Source: Fistulifera solaris
Taxonomy: Eukaryota
Direction of reading: 5' to 3'
Assembly (NCBI GenBank): GCA_030295235.1
Contig: AP026138.1
Span: forward strand, 930,001 to 959,221
Length of the DNA stretch: 29,221 nucleotides
Position numbers and translations under genes: made by a program. Each line of letters starts with the position of its first letter. Position 1 is the first letter of the stretch. The notes under the pieces are model-generated. The model made no database searches, was not told the DNA's origin, and saw nothing but the letters and a program-made list of their open reading frames with translations. This document shows, piece by piece, positions 1 through 11,443 of this stretch.

Positions 1-145
1 CTCGTCGCTACAATAGCAGAGATTGTTCCTAATAGCAATCGCCAAAATTTTCCCAGCAAGGATGAATTTCCTCAAACTAACATTTTGATAGGACAACTTT
101 TTAATCTGGAACACGGTTATAACACATGTGCGGTATACTGCAGTT

Positions 146-1408
146 CTATTTGCCCATTTCCATGGTTGAATTGTGACATTCTGTCGGAGCTGATGTAGGT
201 TCTGGTGTGGGCTCGGGGACAACCGGAACTGGTACAGCAGTTTCATCTTCGCAGTCATGCGTCGAGCTTTCTTTGAGTACCGTAGGTGCAGGTGTTGGGG
301 CGCAATCATGAGCCATATCGTGATAGAAATAGATCCAATGAAGATTGAAACCTCCTGCCAAGATATTAATGCGAAGTGGCTGCAGTCCTGTTGTTGTTAC
401 CTCCATTTGCACAGCAACGGTCTCGAAGCTTTCCCACGCACTTGTCACCGGCATCCCATCCACAAAAGCAACAACGCGTTGCGATCCGACATCCATTTCA
501 AATGCTCCTTCTCCATCTGGGGACGCTACGTTCATGGAAACTTTATACTTGCCGACCATGGGGAAATCGACCATGTACTCAACGTAGTCTCCAGGGTCCA
601 GAAACCCAACGATTCCGATCCCCTCCGTCGATGTCTCAACTTCAACACCTTGCATGGTAGAATAGTCTGCCGCATCGACCATGAACGTCCACTTATCGAC
701 CTCGTCCGGCACGAATTCCGAACTAGGAACTGGTGCTAAGGTTGGAACACTCACCGGTGGCAAGACGGGCGGAGCTACGGGGGTCATGCCAGGTACAATA
801 GTCGGTGAACTAACAGGGGAAGTGACAGGAGAGCCGACTGGAACCATCACTGGTGTTGCAACAGGAGCCATGGTAGCTGGGGTCGCAACAGGGGGACTTG
901 CCGGTGACATTGTAGTTGTAGCTGGCGCAAGAGTTCCGTCCTGCTGTTTAAAGTACATCCAAAGCAAATTGAATCCCTGTTCCTCGACATTGACAGAAAG
1001 CGTGTAAGAACCAGCCGGAAGCGTGACAAATCGGCTGATAGGCTTGTATCGCTGCCAATTTCCGGATGCTGGAAGATCTTCAAAGGTTGCAAGAACTTCG
1101 CCCGTATCGGCATTCGTAATTGTGAAGCGACCCCCGCCATCGGGACTTGCTAGGCGAACTTGCAACAAATATGATTCCTCGACCGGAATTTCCATAGGAT
1201 ATTGAATAACGTCGCCGCTTTTCAACTGGGAAAGATTGTCAGTTCCTTCCGATGACGGCTCTGCGACAATCCCTTCACTAGCCGACAAAAACGGTACGGC
1301 TGGAATGAAGTGAAATAGTTTACTTTCTTGTGTGCGTCGCAAATACTTGGCATTTGCAACCGAAGCAATTAGCAACAGACAAAGGATTGATTTCATGGTG
1401 ACTGACAT
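146..1408 (-). CDS. Secreted protein with two CBM6-like carbohydrate-binding modules separated by a Pro/Thr/Val-rich linker
   Basis: First ATG is 1408 (the ORF track starts at a TTG). Signal peptide MKSILCLLLIASVANA, then KYLRR. Two homologous beta-sandwich repeats (LKSGDVIQY..VRLASPDGGG..SGNWQRY..LPAGSYTL..GFNLLWMYF and LDPGDYVEY..MNVASPDGEG..TSAWESF..GGFNLHWIYF) match the CBM6/CBM35 pattern. No catalytic domain seen. Confidence 0.8.
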   Translation of the reverse strand: MSVTMKSILCLLLIASVANAKYLRRTQESKLFHFIPAVPFLSASEGIVAEPSSEGTDNLSQLKSGDVIQYPMEIPVEESYLLQVRLASPDGGGRFTITNADTGEVLATFEDLPASGNWQRYKPISRFVTLPAGSYTLSVNVEEQGFNLLWMYFKQQDGTLAPATTTMSPASPPVATPATMAPVATPVMVPVGSPVTSPVSSPTIVPGMTPVAPPVLPPVSVPTLAPVPSSEFVPDEVDKWTFMVDAADYSTMQGVEVETSTEGIGIVGFLDPGDYVEYMVDFPMVGKYKVSMNVASPDGEGAFEMDVGSQRVVAFVDGMPVTSAWESFETVAVQMEVTTTGLQPLRINILAGGFNLHWIYFYHDMAHDCAPTPAPTVLKESSTHDCEDETAVPVPVVPEPTPEPTSAPTECHNSTMEMGK

Positions 1409-3759
1409 AGCAATCAGGCATTTGATAGTCAATCAAATGAATGAATGAACGAAAGCGGAAACGAAAAGTGACCGCATGTCGATTTGCAAATAGCCTTCTC
1501 GCTAATGAATCTGATTGGGGAAATGCATGTCAAATACTCTACATAAAACGTGTATACAGTCGACAATAATGACCTTTCTTTTTTTCCGTTCGTCCGTGTC
1601 CGGCCGAAAACATGACGAATGACGAAGGCCTCGAAATAAATAAGAATGATGGCCTTGTCGCTTCACATTTTTTCATCTGTTTCTTCGAGAACGCATTGGC
1701 TCTGCTCAGCTGACAAACCATAATGAGTAATACGTAATTCGCACAAATCGGTTAACTGCATACGTGCTTCGATAGCCGCTTTAACGCGCCTCGACGACGC
1801 TTTTTGCAAAATTCAATGCAGATCAATTCTGCACCGACGGTATTTGCTGTTGCCTCTTTGTGCACATATCAAAGTAAAGGCCCTTGAAATAGTTGCTTAT
1901 GCCGATGAAAAGTCGAAAAAATAGCTCTGGAAAAGACGAACCGATAGGCAATCAAAAGTACAACGCCGATAATCGATGAGTCAAAATATTGGTACTGAAG
2001 AAAACGGCGTATCCTTTTCCTAAAAGCAGCTTGCATCGGCGCGATTTTTGGTGCCTCCGTGTTCTGGCAAAATAAGACGATGCATGACGTATGCAAGTTC
2101 TCTAGTTTCAATCTGAAGCGCGTCAAACTATATGGAAAAAGACACACGTTTCTATCGACAAAGCGACAAAGTGATACCACTTGTACAAGACTCTGTTGAT
2201 TCAATGCGGCTCATTGACGAAGTATGATGACATCGACAGTATATGCTAGGGACCTGAAGATGACAAGAGCGGTCAGAAATATGTTTCAACTAGGGGAGCT
2301 ATGAGGGTGAGCTCTATCTACTATATGCTTACAGACTATTCAGGCTTCCAATACAAACGGAACTAAAAAAGTTTTTAAAGCATCTAAAGTTTAAAGCGCT
2401 TGAGCAACAAGATTCGTGTAGAATCTGGTTCAGATTAGCGCCACTAGTCAGCCATGAGTAAAGTCAGCAGTCAGCAGCAAACTTCTACGAAATTATGAGA
2501 AGATTCGCTTATTGCTTTGTCGTGACATCCGAAATAAGTGGAAAGCTGCAGGAAAGCTGCACAGAGGCAGATTCTCTCGAAATATCTCTTATGGGTGGAG
2601 CGAGAACATAAAGTAGACTTGAGTCCTGACTCCAAAGTGTCTGGTGTCTAGTTAACTGAGTTGGAATTATTTTTAGAAATCAAGTACGTAATCCATAGCA
2701 TTTACACGGATCTCGCGCAAACCACAAAGGACTTTCTGGTTTGCTAGAGTGACAAAGTCATTTGTTTAATCACTTATGAACACTTGTACGTAGTCATTCC
2801 TCGTCATTCTTATCGGCCAATGAAGCATACCATAACTTTTGGAAGGTTTAGGTAGAGCGAGGAAAAAAAACCTTTCATGTTTCTATTCTGTGCGATCGAG
2901 CTCATCGTAGTCTATGCTCGACTTGATTCAAAATACATCAAAGTTAAAACAAGAAAGAGACAACCCACATCCGAGGTTACTCAGGCAAGCTGTTGTTGAT
3001 CTTACAATCGCTATTCCTTTGCAATGAGTGGGAAGTTGTCGTCCAGCGTCTCTCTCCCCTCAAGCTTTACGGCGTTTCATGACAGTCTAATCATAGTAGA
3101 TGACAGGGCGCTTTCAAAATATCCCTGTCGAAGCTCTTTTGTCGGAAAGGAAACATTATCGCCGCTTCAGGCGATGTCATGAGAGACCGAACTCTAGCCA
3201 TGCATTATTCAATCGCACTATACCAAATCATCATGATCGCTGAAGCAACGATTTCGCGAGATGCAGTAAACCAAAAATGCCGTTACGCAATAAGGAATCT
3301 GACACGATCGAAAAAACTCTTGTACCAGTGGTCCGTGGGAATTTATCACAAACCCCGTGTGAACAGATCCTTAAAGAAGCTCTTCGCATCATGAAGGACT
3401 GCTCATCCGTATCGCCGAAAGCTCCATGTTTACTTCAGGACGAGCTGAAAGTTTCCTCTTGAACTTCATTCTTGTCTACATTTTTCATTCATAATCCCTG
3501 TACGTAAATCGAATAGTTTTGAAATCAGCCGTTGTCTCTCAAACGGAACGAAGCGACCTTTCGCTACTTCTCGACCCCTACGGATAAAATCGGATGATAA
3601 TGGAAGAGCGAACTTCCATCGCTGTCGTGTTCTAAGAGTCGGTAAAAACAATGGATAGCGCTTTCGTGGTGGAGAGAATGGTCGATCCTAATTGTGACTC
3701 AACTCAATGAAAAGCGCGGTAACTTTCCCACCAAGTATGTCAAACAAAAACAATGGCAT

Positions 3760-4302
3760 TCATTTCTTCCTTCTTCGACGCAATGTAACAGTTCCTGGTT
3801 CCAAGCGTTGCACTTGAGCCGGTCTCGATGACTCTCTTTCTGCTAATTGTCGCGCCATTTCCCAATATCCTCCTTTGTCTTTCCCACCATGCGAGAGCGT
3901 TTCATAAGCTCGAATGACTTCTTTTCTAGTAGCATCGTCCATTTCAAAGGCGAGATGATCTTCTCGAAAATAGGGTGCTATTTCAGGATCCGACGTTGAC
4001 TGGCTAATACCTTTCGTCGAGTTCTTCTGAACGATTTGTTCAAAAGCCTGGCGGTAGCGGATAAAAGCAGCCTGTGAATCTGCAGGAGATCCAGAAATGC
4101 TATTTCGATCCGGATGATGATGCATGGCCGCTTTTAAGAAAGCTTGTTTGACAATCGTGTAATCGCTGTCGCGGGGAACTCCAAGAATCGCGTAAGGACA
4201 AGAATGAGAAAACGCATTGCCGGAAAAGAAAACCTTTGGAATTAAGCTAGATCGAACGAATGCTTTTGTTAAATAAAACTGTGCCTTGGTGATTGAAAGC
4301 AT
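3760..4302 (-). CDS. Small J-domain (DnaJ/Hsp40 class C) protein, probably mitochondrial
   Basis: CPYAILGV..VKQAFLKAAMHHHPDRN..AAFIRYRQAFEQI is a J-domain with the HPD motif. The N-terminus is basic/hydroxylated with no acidic residues, like a transit peptide. Confidence 0.85.
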   Translation of the reverse strand: MLSITKAQFYLTKAFVRSSLIPKVFFSGNAFSHSCPYAILGVPRDSDYTIVKQAFLKAAMHHHPDRNSISGSPADSQAAFIRYRQAFEQIVQKNSTKGISQSTSDPEIAPYFREDHLAFEMDDATRKEVIRAYETLSHGGKDKGGYWEMARQLAERESSRPAQVQRLEPGTVTLRRRRKK

Positions 4303-5199
4303 CTTTTAAAAGTGTGGTCTTTCTTGATGAAGCTTCATTGTTGTGCTGCCTTTTTTGCGTTGCGTTGCGTTTCGTTGCGTTTTCTCTGTTATCACGTCTC
4401 GTGACTTAGTTAGGAAGTTTCAGTCATGGTCAAATTCCGCCTACACTTCAAGATTATAGGGAAATCGATATAAACAATCTAGGCATTCCATTTCGAAGAC
4501 AACAAGAAGCATAGCTTGTAACAGCGACTCATGTATAAAATAAAATTAGAGAGAAGAAAGATTGGAATTATGGGATATTTCATTTATCAAAATGTCAAAA
4601 GTGATAAACCAGTGCAACTAGAATTTTTTTGTGTCCATTTACTGGTAGTTGCTGCGCTCATCATTTTCCTCTCAACTACAATAGACACGTCCATTATCAT
4701 TATTAATGAGATCACTCAGCAAAAAGCTTCGGTTAAAAAGATTACGAAGCACAAATGCTTTTTATTGACCAAACCCAGATCTCTAGGGACGAGCGTTTTA
4801 AACTTGTGGGTTAGTGAGTCCACAGTCCACACCCAGTGCTCGGAACAGCCACTAAAACGCTTAGCAGCTCTCTTCTGATTTCCCCTTGGCGTTTGACGTT
4901 GGCTTAAAGAACTAAGCGCAAATGCCTACCGATACCCTGTACTCGCTCCGGCTTGATGTTTTAATTCTCAACCTGGAAGGATAGGAAGCTCGATGGTCGA
5001 GCTAAAAAGTGGGATGCAAAATGCGTCTAAAATACCCTGGATTGAGCCTGCCAGACAGTGCAAAGCGACCGAGATGTTAGCCATTTATTGAATGTTGACA
5101 AGTTGTGCGTGTTTTCGAATTGCAGAGAGGGCAGAGGACCAGCGAGTGAAGGAGACAGACTCTGCCTGTAAGTAGGGCTAAGTTTCGAAAACGAAAACA

Positions 5200-6060
5200 G
5201 TTCAACCTTCAACCTTCAATGTTTTCAATTTTCAATCTTCAATGCATCATGCTAGAGGCTAGTATAGTTCTTCAAATACCGGTATCAGGATTTTCGATAC
5301 CGGAATACGGTATTGTACGGTATCGTACGGTATCGATACCGTATTGGGTTTCAGCGCCTTGACGGGAAAGCTCTCGCATCTTCACGTTAACTGCCGCGGA
5401 ATCACGGGAATCCAGTCGTACGTGCCCCAGTCGTGTTTGAACTAACTTCAAATACCGGTATCGAAAATCCCAATACCCGAATACCGGTATTATACTGGTA
5501 TTATACCGTACGGTATTGCGGTATTCTAGAGGCCGTCGAACTATAGAGGCTAGAGTAACTAGTAACTACTGTAGTAACGTAGTAACGCATGCAGCTTGCT
5601 AAGTAACCAGTAAACGGTAACCAGTGACAGAAAACACTAACTTATAATCTTATAAACTTTAGTTTGGAATCGTGAATAGACATTGAAGCTAAAAGCATAG
5701 AGCTTCGGAAGCCGAAAGTCAACGTTGAACGTCAAACGTTCCCCTCGGGACATTTTCTGCAGTGCGAAAAGCGAAAAGATAATCATCAGTGCACGGTGCA
5801 CGGCTCACGGCTATGCGAGTGCGAGATGCGAGAAACGAGAATGTTTAGGCTTTAGGCTGCAACCTGCAACCTCTCTTTAGCTTGCTCTTTAGCAAGTACT
5901 TGTGCAGTACAGTAGCAGGTGGTAGGTGGTAGGTCCAGAGAGGAGTCTGGTACAGTAGAGGGTACTGTAGAGGGTAGAGGCTAAGAGCTAAGAGGCTTTA
6001 GTACTGTAGACTCTAGAGTCTCTAGAGAGATGAGAGATGTACGTAGCGCGTAGCGCGTGT
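5200..6060. repeat. Intergenic tract dense in unrelated short (mostly 7-bp) tandem duplications
   Basis: Examples: GCGAAAA x2 (5764), GTGCACG x2 (5789), CACGGCT x2 (5799), TTTAGGC x2 (5844), CTGCAAC x2 (5857), AGGTGGT x2, GCTAAGA x2, GTAGCGC x2, TTCAACC x2. Confidence 0.8.
5263..5545. mobile_element. Putative non-autonomous hAT-like MITE (283 bp)
   Basis: Terminal inverted repeats TATAGTTC (5263-5270) / GAACTATA (5538-5545). Flanking 8-bp direct repeat GAGGCTAG (5255-5262, 5546-5553). Internal 16-bp inverted repeat GGATTTTCGATACCGG (5288-5303 / 5455-5470). Many ATACCG/CGGTAT motifs in both orientations near both ends. Confidence 0.6.
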
Positions 6061-6402
6061 AATTCACGATCAGTTGGGTACTGGTACTGTGACCGAAGAC
6101 TCTTTGTTTTTCGACACTATAGAACTATTGTACTTCGAAACGTCAAATTACTAGTGACTGAGCATAATGACCCTTTCGTTCGGCGCCTGCGGACTGCGGA
6201 CAAGTGTTATATGGCTTTTTGTCTATGCAGTTTCCCCAATAGGCTTCCATTGGTCTCCGTGTCCGCAATGACATCGCTGGTTCCCCTACATCTTAGCTTA
6301 TACTCTCCTACTTCTTCGGCGTTTTGTCTGATTTTCTCCGTGTTCATAATCTGAAAAAAGCCAACCCGCAATCAAACCGCTCGTCTTCTCGAGAATTTGA
6401 CC

Positions 6403-7649
6403 ATGGGGATTCGTACAACACATAAAGCACCTACACCACAGGGACCCGCCCGAAAAAACAGCACCGAAACGTACGAGGGGTCGAGTGCAAGCAGCGGCAA
6501 CGGCATGCTTCCGGAATCGGATTTTTGCCTACAAACGCCGCACGCGAAAGGTTTGGTGCGGGCCGCAAAGCACATCTCGCATTCACCGACTTTCAGCATT
6601 AGCGGACTAAAGAGTATTCCATCGTTTTCGAGGGATGATTTGGAGGTCGGTTCTGTTCTAGGAGTTGGGGGCTACGGATTTGTGAACAAAGTCAAGACAG
6701 ACAAAATTAAAAATACAAAGAAGAGCAAGTCAAGAACAAACCCCAATTCACAAAGTGACAAGCTTGTCGTAAAGACGCTGTTCCCCCATACAGCACCAAA
6801 TCAATTACTCTCCGGCTGTCATCAGTTAGAGAAGGAAAAGCGAGTGCTTTCGCAACTGAACCATCCAAACATCATTTCGTTAAGGGGTTACTCCGAAAAA
6901 GGTCTAGATAGTATTGCTGAGACAAAACGAATCGATTCATGCTTCCTTTTACTCGACTTTCTTCCCGAAACACTCACGGATCGTATTGAGAAATGGGGTA
7001 GAATCATAAGGACATCACCGAAGAAGAAGACGCAACGTCGATGGTCTTTGTTATCCAGAAAGCGGTTTCCATTCGATCGAGACATGTTCATTGAGCAAAT
7101 CCAGGTCGCTATTGATATTGCCAGTGCTCTGCGGTATCTACACGAGAAACGAATCATTCTCAGAGATCTCAAACCGGTAAGTGTCTTCCACAACGTCATT
7201 TTTTCGGTCTTTCTTTCATCACGTGTCTCATTCTTGCCGAACTCGAAATTAAGGACAATGTCGGCTTCGATGAATCCAACTGTACAAAGCTGTTTGATTT
7301 CGGTCTCATTGCACAGCTTCCTAAATTTTGCAATCTCGACAAGACACACAACATTCCTGGAAACATCGGAACACCGCGATACATGGCGCCTGAGGTACTC
7401 CGAGAGCAGCCGTACAATGTGAAAGCCGATGTATTTTCGTTTTCGCAAGTCCTTTGGGAGATATTAACCCAAGAACGAGCTCCTGGTGCAAATTCTAGTC
7501 GTCCTATGATTCCTAAGGAATGGCCTGGTACACTCCGTCGAATTCTGGAACGCGGCTGGTCGGAGGATTTGAATGAACGACCGTGCATGACGGAATACAA
7601 GTATGCATTAGAAGATTTACTTCGTCAAGCAAAGGAAGCGTCCAATTGA
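6403..7649 (+). CDS. Ser/Thr (TKL-like) protein kinase, 2 exons: 6403-7176 and 7254-7649
   Basis: Exon 1 has the Gly loop LGVGGYG, the VVK lysine and LNHPNII. Intron GTAAGT..AAG (7177-7253, 77 bp) joins LRDLKP to DNVGFD..KLFDFGL..GTPRYMAPEV..KADVFSFSQVLWEIL..WSEDLNERP, giving a complete kinase domain. Confidence 0.9.
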
Positions 7650-8221
7650 TAGCACATCAACAGCAGCGCAAGCTTCACGGTCCCTATACTTCTGTGAGTT
7701 GTTAACTAGGATTCATGTTTGACATGGTTCTAGAGTACAAAATCATTTCTTTGTTAAGTATTACTCCTTACTTCGTATTTTGCTGTGTAAAAATAATGAG
7801 AGTGCTAACGGGAAATGGATGGGTTGCTTTAGGTCGCCATATAGTGATGTTATTGTAGCTTTCATCTTACAGGACTGACAATATTTCATTCCCTGATCGC
7901 ACGCAACACAACGCACCGCAACGCACCGCCAATGCATTCGGACGCCGCGCGCTGTATGCGAACATTATTGAAAGTAACTGCGATGAAGATGTAATGAATG
8001 TGCAAGCAAATGAGGGGGGCTGCCTTTTCCTTTTATCAACAGAACTTCGAATCGATGATTAGATCAGCGACAGCAAAGCTCTAAAGCATACCGCCGTGCA
8101 TGTAAATTTGCTTATTGAATTAATGAAGGAATGAAATACCTCGTCGTCGGGAAAGATATGCAAATCTACGACGAGGTTCAGGGAGATAAATGAGTTGAAA
8201 CACTCTAATCGGCTCGAATGT

Positions 8222-9401
8222 TTACTTTTCGAGAGAAGAAGGCGGGCAGAGAGAAGGCTGAAGTCCAGCGCGTTGATGAATGTTGTAATAACCAAAATAT
8301 CCTGCTGTCGGCGATGAAGGACTTTGGTTTGTCCAAGCTCGACTGTTTCGCGGTAATAACTCGTAATGATTTGCTCCATCGGAAACGACAATCATGCCCG
8401 GCATAGGAATGGCGCGACGAGCCATGGCAGTGGGTGCGTAGACAGTCTGAGGCAAACGATGCGGCGGAGGCAACTCATAGCAAGATCGCGGCTGCGTTGG
8501 AGGTGTCGACCAAGGCGCCGGATCTCGGTTCTCGACCGGTTCGATCGGATGGGGAGAGGCAGTTGCTTCAGAGCGAGATTCAGCTACATCTACTACCGGT
8601 GGTAGCGGTTCCATGCTGTAAAAGTCGGGAAAAGTATCGTCGCTGCTGGCTTTGCGAGCTCCTGTCCCTTTGAACTTTTGACGCGGAATTCTCTGAGCTA
8701 ACTCAGGCTTTCCACGAAGAAAGTTTTCATGAAAATATCCACCTTTGTCGGGTCCTGAATACGGATCGTCGCTTGTTAGAGACACAATGCAAAGAATATC
8801 CGTTATCGAATGAATTGCATGCGCCTTCGACTTACCTCTGGGGATTCGCGAAAAGCCATAGATATTGAGCTGCCTGACGAGTAGAAAACGGAAGATTGCG
8901 TGAGTCATTTATGGGCCAAGTGAAGCCTTTTCTCTCGCCATCAACAACCAGCAGGTGACTCTGAGGCAACTGCCCGTCGCAATGGTCAAGTGAAGCCTTT
9001 TCTCTCGCCATCAACAACCAGCAGGTGACTCCGAGGCAACTGCCCGTCGCAATGTACTTTGCGGTTACGCACCTTTGGAACGATGAGTAATGCGCTTGCC
9101 GAAACCACCTATGAAAGCTATGCGATGAGACGTTACAGGAAAGTGCGAACAAGCTCCCGACTTCTACTTACGTCGGTAATATATGCTGCTCCAGACGCTT
9201 CTGATCATGGACGATGAAGCAGCGCCCATGAGATTGCCAAGACATGATGTGTTCCATTCCATCCTTGGCCATCTCGTTAAGGACGTAGTGTAGTTTATCG
9301 GGGAAGTTATGTCGAACAGGAGACGAACGCGAAGGCGACGGCGCTGGTTCTTTAATAGCGTTGCCGTTCGCCTTCTCGAGATTTTGCTGGTCGTGGCTCA
9401 T
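8222..9401 (-). CDS. Heat-shock transcription factor (HSF DNA-binding domain), 4 exons: 9401-9172, 9108-9073, 8873-8836, 8754-8222
   Basis: Splicing at GT-AG introns of 63, 199 and 81 bp gives NFPDKLHYVL..IMSWQSHGRCFIVHD..HILPTWFRQAHYSSFQRQLNIYGFSRIPRGPDKGGYFHENFLRGKPELA, a canonical HSF DNA-binding domain. A Pro/Ser-rich tail follows. Confidence 0.92.
8917..9054. repeat. Tandem duplication (period 70 bp) inside HSF intron 2
   Basis: 8917-8984 and 8987-9054 match over 68 bp with one mismatch (ctga vs ccga). Confidence 0.95.
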
Positions 9402-10574
9402 GGCAGTTTGATAGAAGTTAGCCAATTTTCTTCTCTTTTTGATTCTTAACAAAAACCGAAGCTTGCTAAATTTGTGAGGAAAGAGTGCCGTTCGAATGGA
9501 ATGTTTCAAAATTAGCGCTACGGATCTTGGTACACTTTCGACAGGAAGATTCGCATAGAAGGAGAACTTACATCGATCGAGAGGGAAGTTTATTATCGAC
9601 GAAGTCCCGTCACCAATTCTCTAATTTACAAAACATATGGATATTTTTACGACTGGCTGCGGCGTCATCGATCAACAGTAAAAAATGAAGTGCAAAGAAC
9701 AATACAAGGTGACCTTCCAGGCCTAACCTCAGTCTTGGTTGATACTTTGTGTTTTATGCTTGGTGAGTTTCGTGGGGTTAAATTCTTCTTCGACAAAAGG
9801 GCTTTTTAGCTTCACTGATACGATTGCTACGCTAAAGAGTTTCTACTAAAGTAAACTTCAAGGTGCTTAAGTTGATCCTTGAACTTTGCATGTCGCTTTT
9901 ATTCCTGTTCTTCATCATGGCTGCGCCCACGCCCTATATTATGCGATGTGAAGCAACGCCGTTTGGTCGACGCGCTGAAAAAACATCGTTTTACTCTCTC
10001 GGCAGTTCCTCCGTGACTCTTGGGTTCGGTTAGGAACAGGTTGAATCGGTTCTGTGCATCAAACTTCCTGGAAATACAGAGAAGCCGAAAGTTTCGACTC
10101 AGATGCTTCTCTTCTTGAAAGACTCCGTGTCACCAACATATTGAAGTACAGTAGCGTCACCTGCGGGTGACTTCATTCTTCAGCCTAAAACCGCAAACCG
10201 CAAATGGATCACTGGTTCAATGCAGGGGCGGCAAGTGCACACGAGGACTGCTCTTCTATCAGCCGTGCGGGGTTTAATCAATTGGAATGAAATCCAACAC
10301 TGTAGCTCGGCGCTCTAGTAATGAATACCTTCCACGAACCCACTATCTCCAGTGATGGAAGAGTAACTTAACCGTCCGCTGATCTGACAAGGCTTGTCAT
10401 TGCACTTTTAAGTTTTTCGTGTAACTTATAGAATAACTCCGCTAATGACAGAGCCATGGGCGTCCGTTTCGTCCATCTCATCCCCTACTTGACGAATACT
10501 GCCCACTTGTAACAAGAATTGTAGCCCCCATCATGTTCATTGTTCACGGAACTGTACAACGAGGAGCTTGAAGA

Positions 10575-10990
10575 ACTATAGGCATCGACCGTTCGAGAAA
10601 CTTATTAAGTCATTGACGACACCACCACTCGAACTGAAGGATCTGGCAAAGAGATCCGCAGAAATAACACCAAACGAATTACCTCCTACGTCATACTTTT
10701 CATCTTCAACAGCTATATAGGGCTATAATCTCTCCAGTTTGTAGAGGACGAAGAGGCGGTGGAACTGGTGCGTCGATGTGGTGGTGTCCAGCCGCTATTC
10801 GTATGTCTTTGGAATTGCCGGACGTACTACTACCCGTACTCGATCGCCCCGTCTTTCCCGCCAGCGCTTCATAAGCAGCGTTGATTTTCGCAATTTCATC
10901 GGAAGCTTTGCGTTTCTCTTCGGCCGTAGAGTCTTTCGTGGTGACCATATCTGGAACGGTTGTCGATGCCGGAAGTATATACTTAGGTTG
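10575..10990 (-). pseudogene. Decayed J-domain protein remnant (boundaries approximate)
   Basis: PDMVTTKDSTAEEKRKASDEIAKINAAYEAL resembles the J-domain loop and helix III, but HPD reads VPD. Coding-like peptides continue in shifting frames (GWTPPHRR..NWRDYSP, then EDEKYDVGGNSFGVISADLF) with stops. Confidence 0.5.
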
Positions 10991-11443
10991 GCCATGTTGT
11001 GAGAGGCTGGGTGGCGTATGCCTGTAGGACCCTGATGGCAAATGAAGTTGTTTGATGCCAGTAAGTTCATTGTTGAGGCTTTTGTTCCAAACCAATCTTT
11101 TATAAAAACAAGGTTGATCATGTGGATCTCCACAAAAAATCGTCATGAGGTATCGTCTCACGCGTGAGCACACAAGCCTGAAACGACGAACCCTAAAGCG
11201 CGTTTTTATGTCGAATTGCCACAGCCTTCAGTAATAGCTGCTCGATAAGCTCCACCACTTCATTGTGTTGTTCTTGCAAAGAGCAAATTATCTTGTCCGC
11301 GTGGTTGAGCACAATATCAAACCATTCATATCCAGAGCTACCAGCATCGGTAAATTAGACTCAGCTTATGCCCGCCTTTTCACGTTTTTTGCCTTTAATT
11401 GAAACTCTCTTTCGGTCGAACTCTTTGTAATGCACGGAAGAAT

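Noticed and set aside
257..1205. Plus-strand ORFs over the CBM gene
   Set aside because: Antisense shadows of the 420-aa minus-strand CDS.
2950..3700. Coding-like fragments (e.g. EQILKEALRIMKD)
   Set aside because: Short broken ORFs with no recognisable family. A decayed gene cannot be supported.
4350..4385. (TTGCG)n, and (AACGC/ACCGC)n near 7900-7930
   Set aside because: Ordinary short microsatellites with no further structure.
6397..7422. 341-aa single-exon kinase lacking DFG (pseudokinase)
   Set aside because: The ORF reads into an intron; splicing 7177-7253 restores DFG and APE.
8917..9054. Intronic snoRNA pair
   Set aside because: No proper C/D or H/ACA boxes on the transcribed strand.
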